Source: Candidatus Kapaibacterium sp.
GTDB lineage: Bacteria > Bacteroidota > Ignavibacteria > Kapaibacteriales > WFXC01
Reading direction: 5' to 3'
DNA length: 64,000 bases
Assembly (NCBI GenBank): GCA_027082775.1
Contig: JALWUI010000058.1
Location: 7,255 to 71,254, forward strand
Shown one piece after another: positions 18,941 through 29,559 of the stretch. A program made the translations under genes and the position numbers. Each line of letters opens with the position of its first letter. Position 1 is the first letter of the stretch. Under the pieces are notes generated by a model, which worked only from the letters and a program-made list of their open reading frames with translations, did not search any database and had not been told where the DNA came from.

Positions 18941-20656
18941 ATGCGATTTTCGGAAATTCCTTATAAGCGTCCGGATCAGCAGGAATTGCTACAACAGATT
19001 CAGCGTCTGGAGCAACAGGCTCGATCCGCAGACAGTGCTGATGCATTGCTGAGCATTCTCAAGGAAATGGATCAACTGCAACGGCACATTCGTACTCTTC
19101 AGGCGCTTGTTCATATTCGTTTCACGCAGGATGTCCGCAGTGAATTCTGGAAAAACGAAAAAATTTTCTGGGAACAACTCCTTCCCGAATTAGCCGAAAA
19201 ACAGCGGCAACTGCTTGCTGCATTGGTCGAACATCCACAGCGATCAGCAGTAGAGCAACAGGTGGGAGAACGGTTATTTCAGGGCTACGAAATCAGTCTA
19301 CAAACGTTCGATCCTTCAATTAAGCCCCTCTTGCTGCAGATCGTGGCGCTGGAGCGGCGTTACACGGAACTAACGGGATCGCTGCTCATCACGTTTCGGG
19401 GCAATCAGTACACGATGTCTCAAATCCAGCCATTTCTGCAGGATCCGGACCGGGAAACCCGGAAAGCGGCTGCTGAAGCGTTGTGGAATGCACTGGGCAA
19501 TCTGTCAGCAGAGCTGGACACTATTTATGACCAACTGGTCAAACTGCGGCATCAGAAAGCCCGGAAGCTGGGATTTGATAGTTACATCCAGCTCCGCTAC
19601 CTGGAACTATTCCGCACCGACTACACGCCGGAAGATGTCGCCCAACTTCGGAAGGTCATCCGGGAAACGGTGGTTCCAATCGTGCAGCAATTGCGTCAAG
19701 AACAGCAACAATGGTTGAATCTGGATCATCTGCGGATTTACGACGAAGCACTGCTTTTCCCTTCCGGCAATCCACAGCCAAAAGGCGATCCTGAATGGAT
19801 ACTGCAGCAGGCAAAAACGATGTACACCCGGCTTTCCGATGAGACAGCCCGGTTGATGACGCATCTGGTTGAAGATGAATTTCTGGACGTCCTCAGTCGT
19901 CCCGGTAAAGCCAGCGGCGGATACTGCGCCTATCTTCCTGACTACCAATCTCCCTTCATCTTTGCTAACTTTAATGGGACCATCGATGACGTCCGTGTGC
20001 TCACGCACGAATTTGGCCACGCTTTCCAGCAGGACCAGAGCAGTACCCAGCCTTTCTTAGCATATATGTCCCCAACCTTAGAAACCGCCGAAATCCACTC
20101 GATGGGGATGGAATTCCTCACCTATCCGTGGATGGATCTGTTCTTTGGAGACGAGGTCGAAAAATTTTACACCCAGCATCTCTTTGCAGCAGTCAGCTTT
20201 CTGTGCTATGCTGCCGCCGTGGATGAGTTCCAGCACCGCATTTATGAGCAACCAGAAATGTCGCCGCAACAGCGGTTAGCTGTATGGCAGGAAATGGAAA
20301 AGCAATACTTGCCGTGGCGAGATAATGCCGGCATTGCGGCGCTGGAGCAGGGGCGATTCTGGCAGCGACAACTTCACATCTATCGCGCACCGTTTTACTA
20401 CATCGATTACGCCCTGGCACAGCTCTGTGCCTTCCAGATCTGGCTGCAATCCCGTCGATCGTATGCAGAAACCTTCCAGCAGTATCGAACGCTGTGTCAG
20501 TTGGGCGGACGATACTCCTTTGTGCAAACCCTGCAAACCGTGGGGCTCTCCTCTCCCTTCGATCCCCGGGTTGTTCGGCAAACCATTACTGAGGTGGTGG
20601 CTCTACTTCGAACGCTGATAGAGCAGGTTATCCTTTCGGCGTCGACTGTCGCTTAG
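18941..20656 (+). CDS. pepF: Oligoendopeptidase F (M3B metallopeptidase)
   Basis: HEFGHAFQQ zinc motif with M3-like length. The ORF-track frame 18374..20656 overlaps rdgB, so the start is set at ATG 18941 (MRFSEIPYKRPD). Confidence 0.8.
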   Translation: MRFSEIPYKRPDQQELLQQIQRLEQQARSADSADALLSILKEMDQLQRHIRTLQALVHIRFTQDVRSEFWKNEKIFWEQLLPELAEKQRQLLAALVEHPQRSAVEQQVGERLFQGYEISLQTFDPSIKPLLLQIVALERRYTELTGSLLITFRGNQYTMSQIQPFLQDPDRETRKAAAEALWNALGNLSAELDTIYDQLVKLRHQKARKLGFDSYIQLRYLELFRTDYTPEDVAQLRKVIRETVVPIVQQLRQEQQQWLNLDHLRIYDEALLFPSGNPQPKGDPEWILQQAKTMYTRLSDETARLMTHLVEDEFLDVLSRPGKASGGYCAYLPDYQSPFIFANFNGTIDDVRVLTHEFGHAFQQDQSSTQPFLAYMSPTLETAEIHSMGMEFLTYPWMDLFFGDEVEKFYTQHLFAAVSFLCYAAAVDEFQHRIYEQPEMSPQQRLAVWQEMEKQYLPWRDNAGIAALEQGRFWQRQLHIYRAPFYYIDYALAQLCAFQIWLQSRRSYAETFQQYRTLCQLGGRYSFVQTLQTVGLSSPFDPRVVRQTITEVVALLRTLIEQVILSASTVA

Positions 20657-20855
20657 CGCCGATAGCCGCAGGGACAGTTCTGCCTGTCCCTGCCCTCTAC
20701 CCACGCTGTGAGGCATTTTTCTTCTGGACATCTTGCGTATTTGCAGAGAAATTTGTATCTTTGCGATTGGAGATAGAAGTCGGGAAGGAAAGATCTGAAA
20801 AATTGATCTTTGAAATCCGACCCGTCTCGCTATTCTCTTCCTCTTTATGCTGCAT

Positions 20856-20895
20856 GCCTTACCATCAAGCCCCCCCGATGGTAAGGCATTTTTTT
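20856..20895 (+). terminator. Rho-independent terminator candidate downstream of pepF
   Basis: GCCTTACCATC-(11 nt loop)-GATGGTAAGGC followed by ATTTTTTTATT. A second perfect hairpin without a T-tract (GCAGGGACAG-TTCTGC-CTGTCCCTGC) sits at 20668..20693 just after the pepF stop. Confidence 0.5.
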
Positions 20896-21988
20896 ATTCC
20901 CTTGACCACGTCACACTCCGCTTCCCGGAAGGCTCGAACCAATGAAGCTGTGCAGCCGGATGCAAACCGATGGAAATAGTCGTTTGTGGAGTGAGCAACT
21001 GCTGAGAACGGAAGCAGTAAGAACTGTCAGCCAGTGAAAAGTAAGCGATAGCCTCGTGTCCAATGTTTTCCACAAATTCCACAACAGCGGCAAACAATTC
21101 AGGGGTCGCCATTGGCTGTAAATGTTCGGGACGAATTCCCAGAACACCTTCCTGCGACTGTGGCTGTCCGTCCGGGCGCCAGCCCTGCAACGAAATGTGA
21201 AAACCAGCAGTTGCTACAAACCGCAGCTCGGTATGGTGCGTCTCCAGTTTTCCCGAAAAAAAATTCATCGGTGGGGAACCAATGAAGCCAGCAACGAACT
21301 GATTGGCAGGACGGTGATAAATTTCCTGTGGGGTGCCAATTTGCTGCAATTGTCCATCATACAGCAGAGCGATTCGATCCCCCATTGTCATCGCTTCGGT
21401 CTGATCGTGTGTGACATACAGCGTGGTGGTCCGAAAAAGCTCCTTTTGCAGGCGCACCAGTTCCTTGCGCATCTGCTGTCGCAGTTGCGCATCCAGATTG
21501 GAGAGCGGTTCGTCCAGCAGGAACACGCGGGGCTGCCGAATCAACGCTCTACCCAGAGCAACCCGTTGTTGCTGACCGCCAGAGAGTGCGCGAGGTTTGC
21601 GGTCGAGAAGCGATTCTAACTGCAACAGCGCGGCAATACGGCGCACCTGCTGATCAATGATGTGCCGGGCTTCCTTCCGAATCAACAGAGGAAAAGCCAG
21701 GTTTTCCCACACCGTTAAGTGAGGATACAACGCATAGTTTTGGAAAACCATCCCAACGTCTCGCTCAGCCGGCGCAAGCGGGAGAATCGAATGTCCATCA
21801 AAGCAAATGTCGCCACTTTTCGGTGTGTCCAGACCAGCGATCAATCGGAGCAAAGTTGACTTGCCACTCCCCGATGGTCCCAGAATAACCAGAAACTCTC
21901 CGGGATGCACGGTAAAGGAAAGACGGTCCAGAATGCGATGTTCTGGTTGGAAAAAGTGGGTCAACGCCACAAATTCCACAGTGGTCAT
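20894..21988 (-). CDS. ABC transporter ATP-binding protein, sugar-importer type (MalK/MsmX/UgpC-like with C-terminal TOBE domain)
   Basis: Walker A GPSGSGKST, signature LSGGQQQRVALGRAL, Walker B VFLLDEPLSNLD, and a C-terminal ~120-aa regulatory domain. Confidence 0.85.
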   Translation of the reverse strand: MTTVEFVALTHFFQPEHRILDRLSFTVHPGEFLVILGPSGSGKSTLLRLIAGLDTPKSGDICFDGHSILPLAPAERDVGMVFQNYALYPHLTVWENLAFPLLIRKEARHIIDQQVRRIAALLQLESLLDRKPRALSGGQQQRVALGRALIRQPRVFLLDEPLSNLDAQLRQQMRKELVRLQKELFRTTTLYVTHDQTEAMTMGDRIALLYDGQLQQIGTPQEIYHRPANQFVAGFIGSPPMNFFSGKLETHHTELRFVATAGFHISLQGWRPDGQPQSQEGVLGIRPEHLQPMATPELFAAVVEFVENIGHEAIAYFSLADSSYCFRSQQLLTPQTTISIGLHPAAQLHWFEPSGKRSVTWSRE

Positions 21989-22776
21989 TGACTGGAAGAA
22001 TCCGTTTTGTGCACAATGGTTGTTGTTGCCTGATCAGTAGGCAGCACCAGAACATCAGCGATGGTAACGTGTGGCGGTCGCTGGACGCAAAAGAGCACCA
22101 CTTCGGCAACATCTCGCGGCGAAAGCGGCGTATAACCTTCATACACCTTTTTTGCCCGCTCTGCATCGCCACGGAATCGCACCAGGGAAAATTCGGTTTC
22201 TACCAGTCCCGGATCAACATTGCACACTCGAATGTTTTTCCCATTGGTATCGATACGAATTGCCTGCGACAGTGCTCGAACGGCGTGTTTGGTTGCACAA
22301 TACACATTCCCCTGCGGATAGACTTCCCGTCCAGCAATAGAACCGATGTTGACAATGGTGCCCCGCTGCCGCTGAATCATTCCGGGGAGCACCTGGCGGG
22401 TTACATACAGCAACCCCTTCACATTGGTGTCGATCATCTCTTCCCAATCCTGGATATTGCCCTGGTCGATTGGATTCAATCCCCGGGCAAGTCCCGCATT
22501 GTTGATCAGCACATCAATTGCCTGCCATTCTGCTGGCAAGGTTTCAAAAACCCGGCGAACCTGATCCAGCGATCGCACATCGCACTGGAGAGGAAGTACT
22601 TCAATATGATGCTGCGACCGGAGTGACGCAGCAAGTTTCTCCAGTCGGTCCTGACGACGTGCCAGCAGTAGCAGGCGAGCGCCAGCCTCAGCAAAAAGCT
22701 CGGCGCACGCAGCACCAATACCTGCTGATGCCCCGGTGATCAACACGATTTTTCCATTCAGCGACTGCGCCATCAT
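21985..22776 (-). CDS. Short-chain dehydrogenase/reductase (SDR) family oxidoreductase
   Basis: TGASAGIG cofactor motif, NNAG, and catalytic YxxxK (YCATKHAV). Confidence 0.85.
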   Translation of the reverse strand: MMAQSLNGKIVLITGASAGIGAACAELFAEAGARLLLLARRQDRLEKLAASLRSQHHIEVLPLQCDVRSLDQVRRVFETLPAEWQAIDVLINNAGLARGLNPIDQGNIQDWEEMIDTNVKGLLYVTRQVLPGMIQRQRGTIVNIGSIAGREVYPQGNVYCATKHAVRALSQAIRIDTNGKNIRVCNVDPGLVETEFSLVRFRGDAERAKKVYEGYTPLSPRDVAEVVLFCVQRPPHVTIADVLVLPTDQATTTIVHKTDSSSQ

Positions 22777-23261
22777 TCCGTTGCGGTTGTTTGACAGATG
22801 GTCTCACAGATTCTGGCAATAATAGCGGTTGTCGACTTCCCTTCGATGTAAGGAAGCAGGACAACAGAACCTCCATAACTCGTGACAAAGGATGCACCGG
22901 CAATTTGATGGGGGCGATAGTCTCCCCCTTTGACCAGGATATCTGGTCGAATTTCCCGGATCAGTTGCTCCGGCGTATCTTCATCGAAGAGCACGACGTA
23001 ATCCACAAACCGGAGCGAATCCAGCAACAGTGCCCGGTCTTGCTGCGGCAGGACCGGACGGGTTGGTCCTTTAATCCGCTGCACCGATCGGTCAGAATTC
23101 AGTCCAACGATCAGGCAATCTCCCAGGGAACGCGCCGCCTGAAGATACAACAGGTGTCCTGAGTGGACCAGATCGAAGCAGCCATTGGTGAATACAATCC
23201 GCTCACCGCGCTGGCGATGCGGCGCAAGAGCCGAAGGAATCTGTTCACGTGGAAGAATCAT
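22773..23261 (-). CDS. hldC: D-glycero-beta-D-manno-heptose 1-phosphate adenylyltransferase (HldE domain II equivalent)
   Basis: Cytidylyltransferase-fold motif FTNGCFDLVHSGH. The ORF-track frame 22773..23444 is trimmed to the Met at 23261 (MILPREQ). Confidence 0.75.
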   Translation of the reverse strand: MILPREQIPSALAPHRQRGERIVFTNGCFDLVHSGHLLYLQAARSLGDCLIVGLNSDRSVQRIKGPTRPVLPQQDRALLLDSLRFVDYVVLFDEDTPEQLIREIRPDILVKGGDYRPHQIAGASFVTSYGGSVVLLPYIEGKSTTAIIARICETICQTTATE

Positions 23262-24258
23262 AAAGCTCTTCAGCTTGCTGTATCGCACGTTCCAGCATTG
23301 CCATTGTAATGGGGATAATGCCGGGTTCCTCGCACACGGCGCCCGCAGCAATGTTCGACAGCGCTGCTGCTTCACCCGGCGTTGCTCCTCCCAGAGATGC
23401 GGCGACAAAGGTCGCAATGACCGTATCTCCAGCACCGGAAACATCCGCTACGTGACGCGCTCGCGTGGAAATATGGATTGCTGTATCACTCGAATCGAAC
23501 AACACCATCCCGTCTGCACCCAGGGTAATCAACACCAGATCGGCACTGAGGCGGTGGCGAAGCTGATTTCCCGCTTTTTCAACATCCTCGAACGTCTGCA
23601 ACGGCAAATGCAGCGCATCCTGCGTCTCTTTCTTGTTCGGCTTGAAAAAGGTCACATCGGTGTAGTGAAAGAAATTGCGGTACTTGGGATCAACAAAAAT
23701 GGGAAGATCGAAGCGATGAGCGATCTGTTTGACAGTCTCAATGAGCTGGGGTGTAATGACACCTTTGTCATAATCCTGGAAAATAACCGCATCCAGTTGC
23801 GAGGCAAAACTTTCGATCAATCCTACCAGTTGTGCCGTAAGTTGTGGCGACAGCACGGCACGGTTCTCACGATCCAATCGTGCGATGTGTTGATTGTTAC
23901 CAATGATCCGGGTTTTCACCGTTGTCGGTCGCTGCTCATCCACAATGATGCCAGCAGACTCCATTCCGTTTTGCTCTAACAATTCCCGCAGTGTCCTCCC
24001 CGCCTCGTCATTGCCTACAACACCGAAAATGACGGGATGCAATCCCAGGCAGGCAAGGTTATTCGCCACATTGGAAGCACCACCAAGGTGAAAACTTTCT
24101 TCCTGCAAATCGACAATTGGAACAGGCGCTTCAGGCGACAACCGGTTTACCACGCCCCAGTAGTAATGATCCAGCATCACATCGCCAATGACAGCAACCG
24201 ACTTTGCACTCCACTGCTTCCGGAGTTGCTGGAATCGCTCCCATTCGATTCCATCCAT
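23245..24258 (-). CDS. hldA: D-glycero-beta-D-manno-heptose-7-phosphate kinase (PfkB-family sugar kinase, HldE domain I equivalent)
   Basis: PfkB ribokinase-like fold with the DVSGAGDT anion-hole motif near the C-terminus. The start is set at the Met at 24258 (MDGIEWERF) in the 23245..24357 frame. Confidence 0.75.
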   Translation of the reverse strand: MDGIEWERFQQLRKQWSAKSVAVIGDVMLDHYYWGVVNRLSPEAPVPIVDLQEESFHLGGASNVANNLACLGLHPVIFGVVGNDEAGRTLRELLEQNGMESAGIIVDEQRPTTVKTRIIGNNQHIARLDRENRAVLSPQLTAQLVGLIESFASQLDAVIFQDYDKGVITPQLIETVKQIAHRFDLPIFVDPKYRNFFHYTDVTFFKPNKKETQDALHLPLQTFEDVEKAGNQLRHRLSADLVLITLGADGMVLFDSSDTAIHISTRARHVADVSGAGDTVIATFVAASLGGATPGEAAALSNIAAGAVCEEPGIIPITMAMLERAIQQAEELYDSST

Positions 24259-24350
24259 TCGATTTGCCTTTGTCGTTGAACCTCTTTTTTGTGTAAAATG
24301 CGTAGATTGCTTTTCGTAAAGACAGTTTCGGAAACAAAGCCCGACAAACA

Positions 24351-25106
24351 ATGGCACAACAACGAACGATAATGGCGTTTTGTGTGCTGGCGTTTCTCAG
24401 TATCGCAAGCGCTCAGCCTCTGTCAAAGCACCTGGAACGATTTGATCGATTAATGGATCGCGGAAAAATTCAGGCAGCCAAGCAGTTCATCGATTCTTTG
24501 CTGCCTCTTCACCCGAATTCCTATCCACTGCTGTGGCGGGCTGCCCGTGCCTGGATTGTCTATGGGGAAACGCTCCCAACGGAAGAGCAGCAGGAGCGCG
24601 CTTACAATCAGGCAAAGCGTTATGCAGATCAGGCAATCCGGCGCAATCCGAAGGGAATGGAAGGATACATCTACCGGGCAGCAGCAAACGGTAAAATCGC
24701 TCTTTTTCGGGGTGTTTTTTCTGTCGGCGATGTCGTTGCAGCCGTACGGGACGATACAGAAAAAGCGACTGCTTTAAATAACAGCTCCCCCTTTATGCTG
24801 GCGCTTGCCCATTACATTCTGGGGCGAACACATTTGAAGTTAGCCGAAAAACCAAAACTCCTGCGCCTCCCCCTGGGTCTGGGATGGGGAAATATCGATG
24901 ACGCTTTATCCCATCTCCGAACGGCTGTGCAACTGGATAGCACATACATCCGATTTCGCCTCGATTACGCCCGCGCCCTTCTGGAAGATGATCAGGAAGA
25001 AGCAGCACGCAAACAGTTACAACGTATTCTCCAGCTCCCCAGCCGAATGCCTGAAGATTCCCGCTACAAACGCGAAGCCCGGCAATTGCTGCAAGAGCTG
25101 GAATGA
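24351..25106 (+). CDS. Exported hypothetical protein, helical / TPR-like
   Basis: Signal peptide MAFCVLAFLSIASAQP and predicted helical repeats. No catalytic motif is recognised. Confidence 0.5.
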   Translation: MAQQRTIMAFCVLAFLSIASAQPLSKHLERFDRLMDRGKIQAAKQFIDSLLPLHPNSYPLLWRAARAWIVYGETLPTEEQQERAYNQAKRYADQAIRRNPKGMEGYIYRAAANGKIALFRGVFSVGDVVAAVRDDTEKATALNNSSPFMLALAHYILGRTHLKLAEKPKLLRLPLGLGWGNIDDALSHLRTAVQLDSTYIRFRLDYARALLEDDQEEAARKQLQRILQLPSRMPEDSRYKREARQLLQELE

Positions 25107-25495
25107 TACTCTACCAGCACCCAGAACTGGCAACAACTGTAGTAGCGGGCGAATCGGCAGCAATACGTTTCTGTTTTTTCCTGCGTAAGAAATCTGATTT
25201 CTGATGCTTCAGCGGGCAAATAGTGCTCTATCTGTTCTCTGCTTATTCACCCGTGGCTTTTGGCATTTTGACATTGCAGAAGACTGAAGGAGTGTCCGAG
25301 TATGAATGGGAAAAGCGGTTGAACTGTGCTGAACAAGAATGCTCAGGATGTGGGAGTGCGCTTACATCGCTGTTCCCCTAAAAAAGTGCTGAGTGTCTTC
25401 ATTCAGCCGCCTATCAACTGTTCGCCCCGAAATTTGGATATTTGTATTTTCCTAAGGCGTTGGTCTTCGTTGTTGTACAGTCAGGGGATCCTCAA

Positions 25496-27103
25496 ATGAA
25501 ATCGCTGGAACAATTGGAGCAAGAACTGTCGCAGCTTGGGTTGAAGCATCTGGGAGAGATTTTTTACAATCTGACTCCGGCAGAACTGTATGAGCACGCT
25601 GTACAGATGGAAGAAGGGTTGCTGTCAGCAGATGGCGCTCTGGTCGTAGACACTACCCCTTTGACTGGACGGTCCGCAAAGGATAAGTTCATTGTCGAAG
25701 AGCCTTCCAGCAAAGACAAAGTGTGGTGGGGAGATGTCAATCGACCTTTCCCGCAGGACAAATTCAACAAACTCAAGGAAAAAGTGTTTGCTTATTTGCA
25801 GGGGCAATCGGTATACGTGCAGGATTGCTATGCCGGCGCCGATCCCCAGTATCGCTTAGGGGTTCGGGTAATTACCCAGTATGCGTGGCATAACCTGTTT
25901 GCGTACAATATGTTCATCAATCTGGAACCAGCAGAAACGGAAGATTTTCAGCCGGAGTTTACGATTGTCCACGTCCCGGACTTCAAAGCCAATCCTGAAT
26001 GGGACGGAACTCGATCTGAAGTGTTCATTATCCTGGACTTTTCCCAGCGACTGATTTTGATTGGCGGCACCCACTACGGCGGCGAAATTAAAAAATCCAT
26101 TTTTACCGTGACGAACTATCTGCTTCCTTTGCAAAATGTTTTTTCAATGCACTGCTCTGCCAATGTGGGACAGGCAGGAGACGTTGCCCTCTTCTTTGGA
26201 CTTTCAGGCACAGGTAAAACCACGCTCTCGACTGATCCAGAGCGCCCCCTGATCGGTGATGACGAGCACGGCTGGAGTGAAAACGGCGTATTCAACATCG
26301 AAGGTGGCTGCTACGCCAAGGTTATCAATCTCTCACCGGATGCAGAGCCGATCATTTACAAGATGACAAAAACGTTCGGTACGATTCTGGAAAATGTTGT
26401 GCTGGATCCCATCACCCGAACGGTCGACTATGCGGACGCCTCAAAAACTGAAAACACTCGCGCCAGCTACTCACGGGAGCGTATGGATAACATTGTGCCG
26501 GAGAATCGGGCAGGGCATCCAAAGAATATTTTTTTCCTTACCGCTGACGCTTTTGGCGTTCTTCCTCCAATTGCCCGGCTTACGCCGGAACAGGCAATGT
26601 TCCATTTTCTTTCCGGCTATACTGCCAAAGTGGCAGGAACAGAGGTTGGTATTGTCGAACCGGTAGCAACTTTCAGCACCTGCTTTGGCGCACCTTTTAT
26701 GGTCCACCACCCCAGTGTCTATGCAAATCTGCTCCGACAGAAGATGCTGGAACACAACGCTCGAGTGTGGTTAGTGAATACTGGCTGGACTGGTGGTCCC
26801 TATGGGGTCGGACACCGCATTAGCATTGCTCATACGCGAGCACTCCTGCGTGCCGCTCTCAGTGGAGCGCTGGATACCGTTTCCTTCCAGACGGAGCCAT
26901 ACTTCCAACTGGCGATTCCGACCGAGTGTCCGGGCGTCCCTGCTGAGATTTTGAATCCGAAAAACACCTGGGACGATCCTGAGGCTTATGATCACCAGGC
27001 AAAGAAACTGGCAATGATGTTTCGGGAAAACTTCAAGCAATACGAGGATCACGTCGATCCGGCTGTAGCAGCATCTTTACAGACTCCAGCAGTCGTGGAA
27101 TAA
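25496..27103 (+). CDS. pckA: Phosphoenolpyruvate carboxykinase (ATP)
   Basis: GLSGTGKTT kinase-1a motif and the broader PckA-specific region (..[25 protein letters not shown]..). The start is set at ATG 25496 (MKSLEQLEQ) within ORF-track frame 25442..27103. Confidence 0.9.
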   Translation: MKSLEQLEQELSQLGLKHLGEIFYNLTPAELYEHAVQMEEGLLSADGALVVDTTPLTGRSAKDKFIVEEPSSKDKVWWGDVNRPFPQDKFNKLKEKVFAYLQGQSVYVQDCYAGADPQYRLGVRVITQYAWHNLFAYNMFINLEPAETEDFQPEFTIVHVPDFKANPEWDGTRSEVFIILDFSQRLILIGGTHYGGEIKKSIFTVTNYLLPLQNVFSMHCSANVGQAGDVALFFGLSGTGKTTLSTDPERPLIGDDEHGWSENGVFNIEGGCYAKVINLSPDAEPIIYKMTKTFGTILENVVLDPITRTVDYADASKTENTRASYSRERMDNIVPENRAGHPKNIFFLTADAFGVLPPIARLTPEQAMFHFLSGYTAKVAGTEVGIVEPVATFSTCFGAPFMVHHPSVYANLLRQKMLEHNARVWLVNTGWTGGPYGVGHRISIAHTRALLRAALSGALDTVSFQTEPYFQLAIPTECPGVPAEILNPKNTWDDPEAYDHQAKKLAMMFRENFKQYEDHVDPAVAASLQTPAVVE

Positions 27104-27300
27104 AGAGATATTCAGCAGTGAAGCAAGACATCGCTGGCAGTGCTGGAATTATGCAATGCCAGCTGCTGCATACACAGAGATCCTTCAAATTGCGGGGCAT
27201 ACCAATTGCTTCAGGATGCAAGAGACCCACTGATTGATCGTTAAACTGCAACAACGCAAAATATTGAATCTCGAGGCGCAAAAACAAAAACCAGGGGAAA

Positions 27301-28668
27301 ATGCAGGGGAACACGACCATTGTGAAGTATACCATTTTTGGTGTTGCATTTGGACTCACTTTTCCACTGCTTGCCGTCCTGCTTCGATACTTAGAGGGAA
27401 ACTGGACTTTTGTCGCCCGGAGTTTTGCCAATGATCCGCTGTTGTGGATCATTTGCACGGCTCCTGTAGTTTTAGGAATCGTTTTCGCCATTGTAGGGAA
27501 AAAACAGCAGGTCGTTGAAAACACCGTTGCCCATCTGGAAGAAACGAACCGGCGACTGGAGGCGATGCAGCGTGAGATTGAAGAGGCATTGGAATCAGCA
27601 CGGAAGCTGATGGAAATATTTGGGGAAATGCTGCAGACCTTGGGAAAAGGACGTTTCCGTCGGGCAATGGAATTATATCACCAGCTTCAAGGAGCAGTCG
27701 GGCGAAAATACGGTGACGAAGAAGTCTTCCTTCAAAAATCCATCCAGCAGATGCTGGAATTCTGGACTCACTTCGTATCGACGCTAGATGAAGTCAAGCG
27801 ATCCGTAGGAGAAACGTATGCAGCGGTTGACAGCAAAGTGCGCGAACTGCTCCAGACATTTGAAAGCCTTCAACAGCAAATCCACCAGATTCTGCAAGCC
27901 AACGATGGTGTCCGGCAGTCTTTGCAACACTCGGCAGAAAATGCGGAGGTAGGCAGTGCAACCGTAGACGAGATGCATCAGCAGTGTACACACTTTGTCC
28001 AGCAGTTTTCAAAATTTCAGCAGGAAGTTGAAAATATCGTCACGGAAGGCGGCAATATCAGTGCGCAGGTGCAGCAACTGGGCGTTCAGATGGCAGAGGT
28101 TCGTAAAGTTGCTTTGATTATTCGGGACATCGCAGAACACATCAATCTCCTTTCCCTCAACGCTGCCATTGAAGCTGCCCGGGCAGGAGAAGCCGGACGA
28201 GGTTTCGCCGTAGTTGCCGAGCAGGTGCAGAGCTTAGCAGAACGAACCCGACAATCAACGGAACAGATTACCCAGGTCATCGATCAATTGCAACAGTTAA
28301 CGCAACAGCTTGGCGAAGGCGTCTCTGCATTCTATACTGTTTTGCAGCAGGTGGGTCAACGGCATCAGGACATTCAGCAGTTGTTAGCAGCATTTTCCCA
28401 GGCTTTGCAACGGATCCAGCAGCAAGCTCAAAACAATAGAGAACTGGCTCAGCAATCCTTCCGGTATTTCCATCAGATGGAAGAACAGTTGCGCCAGATT
28501 GTGGACCTAATCGATCAGGAAACCCAGGAATTCCAGATGCTACAAAAAGAAAATCAACAACTCCATTCTATGATTCAGCGTCTGGAGTACGTCACTCAAA
28601 GCATTGAACTTCCCTCGACGCAATCACTTACACCTCATACTGATGCAAGTCTGCTCCAGCGAAGCTAA
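27301..28668 (+). CDS. Methyl-accepting chemotaxis protein
   Basis: Two N-terminal TM segments and the highly conserved MCP signalling domain ([27 protein letters not shown]). Confidence 0.8.
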   Translation: MQGNTTIVKYTIFGVAFGLTFPLLAVLLRYLEGNWTFVARSFANDPLLWIICTAPVVLGIVFAIVGKKQQVVENTVAHLEETNRRLEAMQREIEEALESARKLMEIFGEMLQTLGKGRFRRAMELYHQLQGAVGRKYGDEEVFLQKSIQQMLEFWTHFVSTLDEVKRSVGETYAAVDSKVRELLQTFESLQQQIHQILQANDGVRQSLQHSAENAEVGSATVDEMHQQCTHFVQQFSKFQQEVENIVTEGGNISAQVQQLGVQMAEVRKVALIIRDIAEHINLLSLNAAIEAARAGEAGRGFAVVAEQVQSLAERTRQSTEQITQVIDQLQQLTQQLGEGVSAFYTVLQQVGQRHQDIQQLLAAFSQALQRIQQQAQNNRELAQQSFRYFHQMEEQLRQIVDLIDQETQEFQMLQKENQQLHSMIQRLEYVTQSIELPSTQSLTPHTDASLLQRS

Positions 28669-28779
28669 TCGATGCAATCATTGGTCGTTGATCCGTCCAA
28701 TTGTTGGAAACTCGATGGAGTAAACATCCACATTCAACAGGCCCAACACCCACTGACGGGCACTATCGTGCCAAATACC

Positions 28780-29496
28780 TTACTCCTCTGCCGCCGACAT
28801 TGATGTGGCAGTTTGGCGTGTCTTATACTGCGCAGCAACTGGAAGCTCGCAATGATCTCCACAGCAGGTCCACGTCCGCGCCCGCGCTTTTTCAAAACAC
28901 TCCTGTCCCTCGCGGAAAGAGAAGAACGCCAATCCGACAAGTCCCAGGGGGTCCAGCCACCCGATGTGGAACAGCTCGTATAGTCCGCTGCTGGCAAACA
29001 GCACAACAGACATCCACAGGCAGGTCAGCGTACAGCGAGCATCCGCAATTATCGGCTCTGATTGGAGCTTTTTCCCGACCGATAGCTTTGCCCAGATGAG
29101 AAAGCCCATTGTGATCAGCGAAAGCGCGGAAATCACGATACCCCAGAAAGTGGTATTCGGACGGTGATCGGTAGCGATCGAAACTCCGGCAGAGAGAATC
29201 AATCCAGCCGTCAGCAGGTAAAAAGCCGTTCCAGTAATGCGCAGCGCCGTTTGCTCAAAGCGATCCAACTGTTCGGTACCAAATCGCCCGATTCGCCACA
29301 CCATATGGGCAATGCCAATGCCGGACAGAACTTCGATAAAACTATCAATGCCAAATCCCATCAGAGTCAGCGTTTCATCCTGATAGCCCAGAAAGATGGA
29401 CAGCACCCCCTCCAGAACATTGTAGCCAATCGTGACAAGACTGAGCCAATACGCACGCCGATAGAGCCGCTGCTCCTGTGTTGTGAGCGTTCCCAT
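28780..29496 (-). CDS. Six-TM membrane protein resembling the transmembrane domain of cation diffusion facilitator (CDF) transporters, without the cytoplasmic C-terminal domain
   Basis: 238 aa with six hydrophobic helices. The conserved acidic residues fall in helix 2 (GIDSFIE) and helix 5 (ADARCTL). The C-terminus is Cys-rich (CCGDHCELP). Confidence 0.45.
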   Translation of the reverse strand: MGTLTTQEQRLYRRAYWLSLVTIGYNVLEGVLSIFLGYQDETLTLMGFGIDSFIEVLSGIGIAHMVWRIGRFGTEQLDRFEQTALRITGTAFYLLTAGLILSAGVSIATDHRPNTTFWGIVISALSLITMGFLIWAKLSVGKKLQSEPIIADARCTLTCLWMSVVLFASSGLYELFHIGWLDPLGLVGLAFFSFREGQECFEKARARTWTCCGDHCELPVAAQYKTRQTATSMSAAEE

Positions 29497-29559
29497 ATCC
29501 CTTGACCCAATTGTTCCGTATTTTTGCTGTTCCGCAACAAACGATTGGTGAAGCGAAAT

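Noticed and set aside
28701-29099. ORF 28701..29099 (+), 132 aa
   Set aside because: It is Arg/Pro/Thr-rich and antisense to a six-TM membrane protein with a coherent helix pattern.
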